Shown one piece after another: positions 49,490-58,155 of a DNA stretch of 64,000 nucleotides (position 1 is its first letter; each line of letters begins with the position of its first letter). The DNA lies in NCBI GenBank assembly GCA_964446125.1, contig CAYUNK010000003.1, positions 2,886-66,885 of the forward strand, read 5' to 3'. The position numbers and the translations under genes were made by a program. The notes under the pieces were generated by a model. That model saw nothing but the letters and a program-made list of their open reading frames with translations, was not told the origin of the DNA and did no database searches. The DNA comes from an uncultured Nitrospiraceae bacterium (lineage in GTDB: Bacteria; Nitrospirota; Thermodesulfovibrionia; Thermodesulfovibrionales; UBA6898).

Positions 49490-49503
49490 CGGTTCCTGAA
49501 CCG
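49490..49503. promoter_or_regulatory. 14-bp palindrome, possible enhancer-binding-protein site
   Basis: CGGTTC-CT-GAACCG, about 70 nt upstream of the candidate -24 element. Confidence 0.25.
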
Positions 49504-49684
49504 CTAATAACCTATCAATAAACCGTTTATAAGCCTGTTAATAACGTGGACATCACAAAGCAGTCTTGAGCCAAATGTCTTTCATAATCAGGGAGTTGAC
49601 GAAATGTGAAAAAGATAACAGGTGCAACTTTAATTGCAGAATAACTATAATCAAAAAAACTGCGTCTCTTCTTCCTTGCCGGTC

Positions 49685-51166
49685 TCAGAAGAGCTTCGGC
49701 CTGTAGGAGGCCCCCTTGCCCTGCCTTTTACTCACCTTTTTTGAAACTGCCTGGCGCGAGATGCCGAGCATGGATGCAGCCATGCTCATATTCCCGTTTG
49801 AACGCTTCAAAGCCTCTTCCATGAAATAGGCCTCTACCTCTTTTATTGTAGGGAAGCGGCTGAAATTGCATGAAATGGCAGCTTTACTGTTAACGGCTGC
49901 CGCAAGATCAGTCTGCAGCGCTGAAGCGTTATTGCCGACAGCATCCTTAAATCTTTCCATTGGCATAATGCCTGACTGATGCCGGGCAACAGCATCATAG
50001 ACCATTGCCTGGAGTTCACGGACATTGCCGGGAAAAGGATAGTTCGAAAGAAGCCTCTCGAGTTCAGGAGTGACCGAAGGCCTCTTTTTATTCATGCTGT
50101 TGGCCGCCTCTTTGATCAGGTAATTAAGCAGCAAAGGTATGTCCTCAGGCCTTTCGCGCAGGGGAGGGATCGAGATATGATGTGATGAGAGGCGGTAGTA
50201 CAGATCCTTCCGGAACTTCCCCTCGGCAATCATCCTGCCAAGGTCTCTGTTTGTGGCGGTTATCAGGCGTGCATTGCTGCGACGGGGCAGATCAGATCCA
50301 AGCGGGAAATACGTCCGCTCCTGAATCAGTCTGAGCAGTTTGACCTGGGAAGCCTCATTAAGGTCTCCTATTTCGTCAAGAAACAATGATCCTTCAGCAG
50401 CCTGCCGAATCAGACCCTGTCGGCGCTGATCAGCCCCGGTGAAGGCGCCCTTGTCATGACCAAACAGTGTGTCGGACAGCATGGCATCATCCAGGCCGGC
50501 TACATTCACCGCAATAAAGGAACCCCTGCAATTGCTGACCTGGTGTATGGCCCTGGCGATCAATTCCTTGCCGACGCCGGTCTCTCCGGTTATCAGCACA
50601 ACTGACCTTGAACAGGCAATCGCCTCTATGTAATGAAAGATGTTGAACATCTTTTCATTCTTTGTAATAACAGGGGAAAAGGCTTCCTTATGCTTCAGCT
50701 CCCTCTTTAACAGACCTGCCCTGAGTCTTTCGGCTTCATTGCGGAATTCATTAAGTTCAAGGGCCCTCCTGATGCTTGAGACAAAACGGCTCTTCTCGAC
50801 CGGTTTTACCAGATAATCGAATGCCCCCTTTTTTATGCATCTGACAGCAGTCTCAAGATCATTTACAGCAGTCATGACAATCACAGGGATATGGGGAAAA
50901 TCTCTCTGAACTTCATCCAGAAGTTCCTCACCCGATGTATGCGGCATACGAAGATCCGTCACTATCAGGGACGCCCCGTGTACTGCCAGAAAGGTCATGA
51001 TATCCCGGCTGTCAGTGAAGAGCTTCACATCACTGATCCCTTCGCTCAACAGGATTATCCTGAAGCTGTCCAGAATTGGCTGTTCGTCATCAACAAGGAC
51101 AATCGGGGGTGAGCGATGATCAATCGCAGACTTCTCACCAATGCCGTTATTCTCCTTATCGGTCAT
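49685..51166 (-). CDS. Sigma-54-dependent response regulator (NtrC family)
   Basis: Receiver VTDLRMPH, AAA+ GETGVGKE, GAFTGA loop (FGHDKGAFTGA), C-terminal HTH MLGISRQAVSKKV. Confidence 0.9.
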   Translation of the reverse strand: MTDKENNGIGEKSAIDHRSPPIVLVDDEQPILDSFRIILLSEGISDVKLFTDSRDIMTFLAVHGASLIVTDLRMPHTSGEELLDEVQRDFPHIPVIVMTAVNDLETAVRCIKKGAFDYLVKPVEKSRFVSSIRRALELNEFRNEAERLRAGLLKRELKHKEAFSPVITKNEKMFNIFHYIEAIACSRSVVLITGETGVGKELIARAIHQVSNCRGSFIAVNVAGLDDAMLSDTLFGHDKGAFTGADQRRQGLIRQAAEGSLFLDEIGDLNEASQVKLLRLIQERTYFPLGSDLPRRSNARLITATNRDLGRMIAEGKFRKDLYYRLSSHHISIPPLRERPEDIPLLLNYLIKEAANSMNKKRPSVTPELERLLSNYPFPGNVRELQAMVYDAVARHQSGIMPMERFKDAVGNNASALQTDLAAAVNSKAAISCNFSRFPTIKEVEAYFMEEALKRSNGNMSMAASMLGISRQAVSKKVSKRQGKGASYRPKLF

Positions 51167-53330
51167 CCTGATGTTTCCCGGGCACAGGCAGCATTAATGT
51201 TGCAGTTGTACCCCTGTTCAGCGTTGAAGCGAAAGTCAAAGAGCCGTTATGGTTCCTCACAATAGAGAGGGATATGCTCAGGCCAAGCCCGATGCCTCCG
51301 CCGGCCTGTTTTGTGGTGTAAAAAGGCGTAAATATCCTGGCAAGGGTTTCCTCTGACATTCCGCATCCCTCGTCCTTTATCTGAACAAAAACGCACTGGT
51401 TCAGGCCGTCAAAACCGGTAGTGACGACAACACCGCATCTTTTGTCGGTCAAAGACTGAAGGGCATTTATTACAAGATTTATAATCACCTGTTCCAATGC
51501 GAGACTGTTTCCTTTAACTGAAGGCAGACCGCCGGAAAGCTCGGTTCTGAAACTCACTGTCATGCTCTTTATCTGACTGTTTGCGATAACCAGGGCATTC
51601 GACACTACCCTGTTGATGTTTACGTCTTCGTCACGACACAAGGACTGATGCCCTGCATAATCCCTCAGGTGAGACACTATACTGTTGATGCGACCGGAAC
51701 ATTCTGTAATGCCAGCGATCATGCTGGGGATCTCCTGCAGCATCTCGGCAAACGGAAGGCCCCCTATGCTCAGCCCTTCATCCTGCGGAGCATATCTGAA
51801 GAGAAGACCGGCAGCATCTTCCCATACATCCTTAAGCAGTTGAGAACTGGACAGGATCACATTGTTTGGATTGTTTATCTCATGGGCCATGCCTGCCGAG
51901 AGCTGCCCAAGCTGGGCAAGATGATACGTCCTCCGCGCGCTTTCCTCCATCCTGAGCCTCTCTGTTATGTCAGCGCCGATAAGCAGGATGCTGCTGACAG
52001 CGCCTGTATCATCACTGACCGGGAAAGACCTCATATCCAGAACCCTGTCATTTACCGTTAATCTGTATTGCGACATCTCATTATTCATATATGTCCATAC
52101 AGCCCGGCATTCTTCACAATGAACAGCGCGGTTGTGGTTGATACTGTAACAGGGCCTGTTGATCAGCTCATTCTTGGGCCGCCCGTAGAAGACCTCTGCA
52201 GCCTTATTGAGCCATACTATCCTGAGGTCCGGCGACAGGAGGAAGATAACATCATCTATAGAATTGAGAAGGGCGCTGAATTCATGATACAGAAGACGGT
52301 ATCTGTTTTCGCTCTCCCGCAGGGCCAACTCTGCCTTTTTGCGTTTTGTTATATCAGTGATGATACCGTCATATGCAACCAGCAGCCCATCCTTAACCCT
52401 GGGCACAGAGGTATTGTTTACCCACCGCAGAGAGCCGTCCTTATGCATTATCCTGTGTTCAAGCGGCTGCGGGGTCTCCCCTGCAAGCACAAGCTGCAAC
52501 TGTGCTACCACAGCATCCCTGTCATCCGGGTGTATCATGCGAAGCCACAGGAGATCATCGGCATCGTATTCCTCCGGCGTGTACCCGGTCAGGGCAAGGC
52601 AGGCATCATTATGCAGGGTGCTGAAAGGTCTGCCCTTTTTCAGCATTACGGTAAATACATAGTCAGTAACCGACCCTATCATATGCCTGCACCGAGCCTC
52701 GCTCTCGCTAAGATCGGCAGTGCGTTCTTCAACGAGTCTCACGAGATTCTCCCTGTATTCACTTAGTTGATCTTCTGCAAACCTGAGTCTGGTTATGTCG
52801 CTCATAATGACCTGAAGCTCCTGCCCGTCCTGTGCAATGGAACCCTCCAGCCAGACAAACGAGGCGTCAATCGGGTCTCCGGCCCTGATCATGGCAAGGG
52901 AGCAGCATTCCGCCTTGTCGCCTTTCAATATCATTCCGAGAAAAGAGTCAAATACAGGGCGGTCCGGCAGGGCAACAGACTGGCGCAGGGAGCGTCCATG
53001 CAGGCGGGAGCGTTCAAGCCCAAGCATTTTGGCTGCCTGAAGGTTTGCCCTTGTGATAACGCCCCTTAGATCAAGGGTGATATATCCGACAGGCGCAAAA
53101 TCGTACAGGTTACTGTATTTACTCAGCGCCTCCTCTGTAACGAGCCTGGCCTTACGAAGTTCTTCATTCTGCAGTTCGAGTTTTGCCTGCTGGCTCTCAA
53201 GCTTATCAATAAGCTGTTTGGTATTCTCTATTGTAGAGAGGATGGAAGAGCCTGGCTGCTGCTTATTAAATTCTTCTTCAGCACGGCTGCGCAGTTCTGA
53301 AGCATCGTTTGCTGTCTCTCTCTTCCCCAT
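51156..53330 (-). CDS. Cytoplasmic sensor histidine kinase with coiled coil and three PAS domains
   Basis: 724 aa. The third PAS carries PCYSINHNRAVHCEEC. AGMAHEINNPN, KDEGCGMS, GGGIGLGLSIS. 11-nt overlap with the NtrC-type gene. Confidence 0.85.
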   Translation of the reverse strand: MGKRETANDASELRSRAEEEFNKQQPGSSILSTIENTKQLIDKLESQQAKLELQNEELRKARLVTEEALSKYSNLYDFAPVGYITLDLRGVITRANLQAAKMLGLERSRLHGRSLRQSVALPDRPVFDSFLGMILKGDKAECCSLAMIRAGDPIDASFVWLEGSIAQDGQELQVIMSDITRLRFAEDQLSEYRENLVRLVEERTADLSESEARCRHMIGSVTDYVFTVMLKKGRPFSTLHNDACLALTGYTPEEYDADDLLWLRMIHPDDRDAVVAQLQLVLAGETPQPLEHRIMHKDGSLRWVNNTSVPRVKDGLLVAYDGIITDITKRKKAELALRESENRYRLLYHEFSALLNSIDDVIFLLSPDLRIVWLNKAAEVFYGRPKNELINRPCYSINHNRAVHCEECRAVWTYMNNEMSQYRLTVNDRVLDMRSFPVSDDTGAVSSILLIGADITERLRMEESARRTYHLAQLGQLSAGMAHEINNPNNVILSSSQLLKDVWEDAAGLLFRYAPQDEGLSIGGLPFAEMLQEIPSMIAGITECSGRINSIVSHLRDYAGHQSLCRDEDVNINRVVSNALVIANSQIKSMTVSFRTELSGGLPSVKGNSLALEQVIINLVINALQSLTDKRCGVVVTTGFDGLNQCVFVQIKDEGCGMSEETLARIFTPFYTTKQAGGGIGLGLSISLSIVRNHNGSLTFASTLNRGTTATLMLPVPGKHQDDR

Positions 53331-53373
53331 AATGCTGCCCCCCTTTCATCGGACAGATCGCGAGACTAAAAAA

Positions 53374-53402
53374 ATAGTATCAACAAGCAGGCTGTTAGTC
53401 AA
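53374..53402 (-). promoter_or_regulatory. Candidate sigma-70 promoter of the kinase/NtrC operon
   Basis: Minus strand TTGACT-N17-TACTAT, about 44 nt upstream of the ATG at 53330. Confidence 0.4.
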
Positions 53403-53545
53403 ACAAATTCCGGTGCAACTATAGGAAACAAAAAGGGCCTGCCAAAAGGCATCCCTGCAGGATGCTGCAACTCCTAAACAGAGATGAAGCAGAGGGCCTT
53501 CATGAACATGACAGAAGAAGGAGGAGGAGGAGGAAGCAGAAAGTC

Positions 53546-53932
53546 TTAGCGGCCCGGCTTTTTGTACTTAACAGAAATCTCGTATGCAACGCTTGCATGA
53601 TCACAGGTAACTGCATCAACCTTGCCCTTGCAGACCATAGAGCCCTTCTGCGCCTTTCTGGCATTCTTGATCATGTTTCTGATCTCGGATGTAAGGTCAA
53701 ATCCGCCGCTTTCGCAGCCTTTGATCATGCAGTCCATCTTGAAATATGCAGCAGAGGTAGGAAAGACATTTAGCGTGCGCACCATAAGAACCGGGTTTAT
53801 GCCGTTTTGATAATAGGTCATATGGATCACCATGCCCGAAACCTGGGGATAGCGCTCAGAAAGCAGCCCTGCAGCAGACGTATTCTGCTTCTTTAATTCG
53901 AGTTTTGCAGCATGCTGCTGTCTGTTGGCCAT
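53546..53932 (-). CDS. Hypothetical Cys-containing protein (128 aa from the RBS-supported start)
   Basis: ATG at 53932 is preceded by GGAGGAGAAG. Contains CMIKGC and CKGKVDAVTC. No family recognised. Confidence 0.5.
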   Translation of the reverse strand: MANRQQHAAKLELKKQNTSAAGLLSERYPQVSGMVIHMTYYQNGINPVLMVRTLNVFPTSAAYFKMDCMIKGCESGGFDLTSEIRNMIKNARKAQKGSMVCKGKVDAVTCDHASVAYEISVKYKKPGR

Positions 53933-54099
53933 CTTCTCCTCCGGAAAATAAAAACCGCTCGCAAGGGCAGGGGTATTCTTAGACTCTCTGCAGCTTTCTG
54001 AATTAAAAACCAATAAAACTGCAGTCTTAACAATACCATGTGAAGCCCTTTAGAGTCAACAACAGGTTGCATCTGCTTGCCCTGAAACTTGATGCCGCG

Positions 54100-54723
54100 T
54101 TAGTCCCTGCGTGATAATATTGCTTCAGCGATCTCCCTGCCGAGAGCCTCCAATGCCCTGCTCATGCCTGCAACCATCTCGCCATAAGCAGCGTTATCAA
54201 GATTTTCAGCAATATTGATTTCTGACATCAAAGGCCTGCCGTCTCCTTTTCTGAATACCGTCCATTGAGCCTTCAATGTAACAGAATCCCCCGGGGTTCC
54301 ATCAAGACGGATGATCTCAACTGCGGCCCTGAAATCAATTGGCATTTGTGCCTGTGATGCAGGATTCCAGCGAACAACAGAATACAACTCAGCAGGAAGC
54401 ATTGCCGAGATGTTTTCGACCAGCACACGGGTTATATCGCCTTCAAGGGAGCCTGCCCACAGGCTGAAGTCATCCACCTTCAACTCGTTCCTTCCGGCCC
54501 GGGTAACAATCTGGGACCTCTTAAGATAATCCGGGATCGAAAGGGGGCCAATGGCAACAATAATGCCGGGCTTGTCAGAAGCCCTGTTGATCTGCCTATC
54601 CTGACTGATTATGCTGCTGAGCATATAGAACTTTGAAGGCGATGAACCGGCGCAACCGCTCAGAACCGTTGCCATAACAACCAATGCAAAGAGACAAAAC
54701 CCCATTGAATGGACTCTTTTCAT
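54100..54723 (-). CDS. ABC-type transport auxiliary lipoprotein (PqiC/DUF330-like)
   Basis: Lipobox VLSGCA. About 200 aa, immediately downstream of the MCE gene (1-nt gap). Confidence 0.7.
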   Translation of the reverse strand: MKRVHSMGFCLFALVVMATVLSGCAGSSPSKFYMLSSIISQDRQINRASDKPGIIVAIGPLSIPDYLKRSQIVTRAGRNELKVDDFSLWAGSLEGDITRVLVENISAMLPAELYSVVRWNPASQAQMPIDFRAAVEIIRLDGTPGDSVTLKAQWTVFRKGDGRPLMSEINIAENLDNAAYGEMVAGMSRALEALGREIAEAILSRRD

Positions 54724-54724
54724 A

Positions 54725-55849
54725 TCATTCTCCTTTTGAGGGGATCTTCCCTCTTATAAGCGCCTCAGGATGCCGCTCCAGATAATCGGCAAGAGAACGC
54801 AGGGAACGCGACAGCACAGAGAGGTCCTCAAGCGTCTTGTGCACCTGCAAGCCAAGCCCTGAATTCTGGGCAACAAAGTCGGCAATCCTCATTGCCGTCT
54901 TTTCAGTCTCCCCAATTGCAGAGCGGGATGCAGCAAGTGTTTCATTGATGTTTACGGCAATCTGCCCGGGCACCCCCTCCTTCATTGCCAGAGTCTTTTC
55001 GGCCTGTGCAAATGCCGCATATGCGGCATCAGCAGCCTTTTGAAGACTCGATGAGAGCGGCCCTATCTCGGCATTGACGTCCCTGACCAGCTTGTCCATA
55101 TTGGAAGCAAGGGGCAGCGCTCCGGCATTGACGTCCCTGACCAGCCTGTCAATGCCCGATGCAAGGGGCACGATCTCGGCATTCATGTCCCGGACAAGCC
55201 TGTCGAGGTCTTTAAGCAGCCTGTTGAGATTGACAACGCTCTCGAGCAGCTCAGGCGCATTCAGGATCTTCTCCATTCCGGCAAGTGTATTTTTCAGGCT
55301 CTCGGATATTTCTGCTATCGGCAGTTCCTCTATCTTCTTCTTGACCTGCTCAATGTCTGAGGGGACCGTCGGGATCTCAGGATAGTCTTTCTCTATCCCG
55401 AACAGGCTGACAGGTTTGCCTGTAGCAAAATCCAGATTTATGACAAGCAGGCCCGTAACAAAACTCTGCAGCTGCAGCTGTGCACGCAGCCCTTTGTCTA
55501 TAAGGGCCTTCATGTAAGCGTACTGATCAGTCCCTATCTTCTGCAGGATCTCCTGCTCCGGCTTCAGGAATGTCCAGGACTCTATCTCAACATATACCGG
55601 TATTACCACTGAAAGATCCGAAGGATCAAGACGCATCGCAACTTCGGTCACCTGCCCTATTTTTACACCTCGAAACACCACTGGTGCTCCAACCTGCAGT
55701 CCCTTGACCGAGTCTTCAAAAAACAGCACATATTTATATTTCTTTTTCAGAAATTCGCCCGAACCGAATATCACCAATGCTACGACGATTAGCGCTGTTG
55801 CGCCCAGGACAAAAGCGCCGATCATTGCCTTGCTTGCCTTTTTACTCAT
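54725..55849 (-). CDS. mlaD: MlaD/MCE-family protein with repeat-containing helical tail
   Basis: N-terminal TM, MCE core FEDSVKGLQVGAPVVFRGVKIGQV, three 18-aa repeats D[RK]LVRD[MV]NA...PL[AS]S. Confidence 0.85.
   Translation of the reverse strand: MSKKASKAMIGAFVLGATALIVVALVIFGSGEFLKKKYKYVLFFEDSVKGLQVGAPVVFRGVKIGQVTEVAMRLDPSDLSVVIPVYVEIESWTFLKPEQEILQKIGTDQYAYMKALIDKGLRAQLQLQSFVTGLLVINLDFATGKPVSLFGIEKDYPEIPTVPSDIEQVKKKIEELPIAEISESLKNTLAGMEKILNAPELLESVVNLNRLLKDLDRLVRDMNAEIVPLASGIDRLVRDVNAGALPLASNMDKLVRDVNAEIGPLSSSLQKAADAAYAAFAQAEKTLAMKEGVPGQIAVNINETLAASRSAIGETEKTAMRIADFVAQNSGLGLQVHKTLEDLSVLSRSLRSLADYLERHPEALIRGKIPSKGE
55070..55231 (-). repeat. 3 x 54-nt in-frame tandem repeat inside the MCE gene
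   Basis: Units start at 55070, 55124 and 55178. The first 22 nt of units 1 and 2 are identical (GGCATTGACGTCCCTGACCAGC). Confidence 0.8.
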
Positions 55850-55927
55850 TTCGTTTCACCTCTGACTTTCATCTCTTCTGCGATTAATCAAAACAGTCAT
55901 ATCTGCATATCATATCGAAATACCCTG

Positions 55928-56737
55928 TCAATGTCCCTGCAGACCTTTGCCGCGGGTCAGAAAATTGATAACCCTGGGGTCCTTTGTCCGGTCAAGGATC
56001 ACCCTGGGATCCCCGGAGGCTATCATTGTCTTTGCCTCGCTATCAAGAAGAACAGAGTTATTGCCGACGGCAAAGATGCTTGCAAGCTCATGCGTAACGA
56101 TCACCACGGTTGAGCCCAGGCTCTCTCTTAGTTCCAGGATCAGCTCATCAATCAGGTGCGCACTGATCGGGTCAAGGCCGGAAGACGGCTCATCAAGGAA
56201 AAGTATCTCGGGGTCCAGCACCATGGCACGCGCCAGTCCTGCGCGCTTTTTCATGCCTCCGCTCAGTTCAGAAGGATAATACTCTTCAAATCCCGACAGC
56301 CCGACAAGCGAGAGCTTCAGCGAGACGACCTCCCTGATCTGGGCAGCGCTCAGGTCGGTGTACAGATTAAGCGGCAGGGCAACATTTTCACCCAGGGTGA
56401 GAGAGCTCCAGAGGGCGCCGCTTTGATAGAGAATTCCGAAGCTTCGCATGATGCGTTGGCGTTCTTCAGTATCAGCATCCCAGAAACTGACGCTGCCATA
56501 AAGGACCCGGCCTTTCGCAGGGCTCTGGAGTCCCACCAGATGCCTCAGGAGCGTTGTTTTTCCGCAGCCGCTTCCCCCCATAATAATAAACGTATCTCCC
56601 CTGTTTACCGTAAAGGCGAGATCCCGCTGGATGAGAAAATCCCCGTAGGCGATCGTAAGATCCTGCACAACAATATGCGGTTCTTCCTGTTGCATCTCTT
56701 TCTGCATAGCGCCTTTCAGATCTTCAGTATATGACAT
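55928..56737 (-). CDS. mlaF: Mla-type ABC transporter ATP-binding protein
   Basis: GGSGCGKTT, LSGGMKKRAGLARA, LFLDEPSSGLD. Confidence 0.9.
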   Translation of the reverse strand: MSYTEDLKGAMQKEMQQEEPHIVVQDLTIAYGDFLIQRDLAFTVNRGDTFIIMGGSGCGKTTLLRHLVGLQSPAKGRVLYGSVSFWDADTEERQRIMRSFGILYQSGALWSSLTLGENVALPLNLYTDLSAAQIREVVSLKLSLVGLSGFEEYYPSELSGGMKKRAGLARAMVLDPEILFLDEPSSGLDPISAHLIDELILELRESLGSTVVIVTHELASIFAVGNNSVLLDSEAKTMIASGDPRVILDRTKDPRVINFLTRGKGLQGH

Positions 56738-57864
56738 ACAACGGTAATTGCCGCCATTGCCACGATAATGCTTACTATGGAAGAGACGACTGCAGAGGTA
56801 GTCGCCTCACCGACCGAAGAGGCAGTACGTCCGCACCGTATGCCCCGCAGACAGGCTGCCAGGGCAACCAGAACACCAAAGACCGCAGAACTGAAAAGGC
56901 CTACCCATAAGTCGTTGAGGCTGACTGCTTCAGCCGTCTTGTTGTAGTATTCCATAAAGTTCAGGTCAAGCATGAAGACCCCGATAAACATGCCTCCCAA
57001 TATGCCCATAAGATCTGCATAGAGCGTCAGAAGCGGCATCATGATAAAGAGGGCCAGCATCCTCGGCAGCACAAGGAATTCCACAGGCGAGATGCCGAAG
57101 GTCTTAAGCGCGTCAATCTCCTCATTCACCTGCATCGTTCCCAGCTGCGCTGCAAAGGAGGCCCCGGTGCGGCCTGCCATGATAATGCCGGTCATGATTG
57201 CCGCAAGGGCACGGACCATTCCGATGCCTACGAGACTTGCAACATATATCTGGGCGCCGAAAATCTTGAGCTGGATCGCTCCGATAAATGCAAGTATGAG
57301 GCCCACAAGAATGCTGATCAGCGACACAAGTGGAAGGGCCTGAGCCCCGCATTCCTGCATGATGAGAAAGAGTTCAGCCCTGCGATACCTTGCCTTTCCC
57401 CGAAGCATTTTAGAAAAGGCCGCCAGTACTTCACCGATGAATTCAAGCATTTCCTGATTGCCGCGCCAAAGCTCTACAGCTCGGGATCCGATCCGTTCAA
57501 GAAAAGAACTGCCTGATTGCCCGGCTCTTGCGTCTTTTCTGACAGGCACGGCTGACGCAAGAGCCAGCAGCTTCTGAACACCCTGAGGCAGCCCGGAATT
57601 ATCTACAGATATATTTCTTCTGGAGCAAAGATCAATAACAGCAATAAGGAAGGTCAACAGCGCCGTATCCCAGCCCTTGAGTTGCCGGGCATCAAAGCTC
57701 ACCCGTTTCACCTGGGGTGCGGCATCGAGCTGCCCTGTTGCCTCAGAGGCCGAAGCAGTCTCAGGCCCGAGCCTCCATTCCCCGGCAATAGTGATGAGCA
57801 TGCTCTGTTCGTCCGGCCTGCTGAATTTCAAAAGAGACCGGCTATCCTCAGTTGTCCTGACCAA
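56716..57864 (-). CDS. mlaE: MlaE-family permease with N-terminal STAS-like extension
   Basis: LGTMQVNEEIDALKTFGISP permease signature, plus a ~120-aa N-terminal soluble domain. Confidence 0.85.
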   Translation of the reverse strand: MVRTTEDSRSLLKFSRPDEQSMLITIAGEWRLGPETASASEATGQLDAAPQVKRVSFDARQLKGWDTALLTFLIAVIDLCSRRNISVDNSGLPQGVQKLLALASAVPVRKDARAGQSGSSFLERIGSRAVELWRGNQEMLEFIGEVLAAFSKMLRGKARYRRAELFLIMQECGAQALPLVSLISILVGLILAFIGAIQLKIFGAQIYVASLVGIGMVRALAAIMTGIIMAGRTGASFAAQLGTMQVNEEIDALKTFGISPVEFLVLPRMLALFIMMPLLTLYADLMGILGGMFIGVFMLDLNFMEYYNKTAEAVSLNDLWVGLFSSAVFGVLVALAACLRGIRCGRTASSVGEATTSAVVSSIVSIIVAMAAITVVCHILKI

Positions 57865-57890
57865 ACCCTGTTTCTCCTCAGATATGCGTA

Positions 57891-58016
57891 TCAGTTACCC
57901 TGTCTTTCCATCGGCTGTCCACAGCAGACGAGTTCGCCCCCTCCGACCTTAGTCACCTCAACCTCATTGCCGCATATATTACATACATATTTCTCACCTA
58001 TGTTCTTTACAGGCAT
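57891..58016 (-). CDS. Desulforedoxin (41 aa, Cys4 rubredoxin-like iron centre)
   Basis: MPVKNIGEKYVCNICGNEVEVTKVGGGELVCCGQPMERQGN matches the Y-C-x2-C-G..V.V..GGG.LVCCG..M pattern of Desulfovibrio gigas desulforedoxin. GGAGG lies 8 nt upstream of the ATG. Confidence 0.75.
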   Translation of the reverse strand: MPVKNIGEKYVCNICGNEVEVTKVGGGELVCCGQPMERQGN

Positions 58017-58155
58017 GGCACTATCCTCCATTTTTCTTCTTATTATACTCCCTTTTACGGCCACTGATTGATATACTGCAGTCAATCGGCCCGCTCCGCA
58101 GCCCGCAGATTGCCGCTGATGGTTATGAATCCAGGAAGTATGATAGCCTATATCA

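Noticed and set aside
49558-49573. Second sigma-54-like motif, TGGCTCAAGACTGCTT, on the minus strand upstream of the small ORF.
   Set aside because: The GG-to-GC spacing is one nucleotide short of the invariant -24/-12 distance. The 49409-49424 site has correct spacing.
53519-53533. (AGG)5 microsatellite in the spacer upstream of the kinase operon.
   Set aside because: It is too short to assign a function, and no matching repeats occur elsewhere in the window. It is mentioned only in passing under the 53546 finding.
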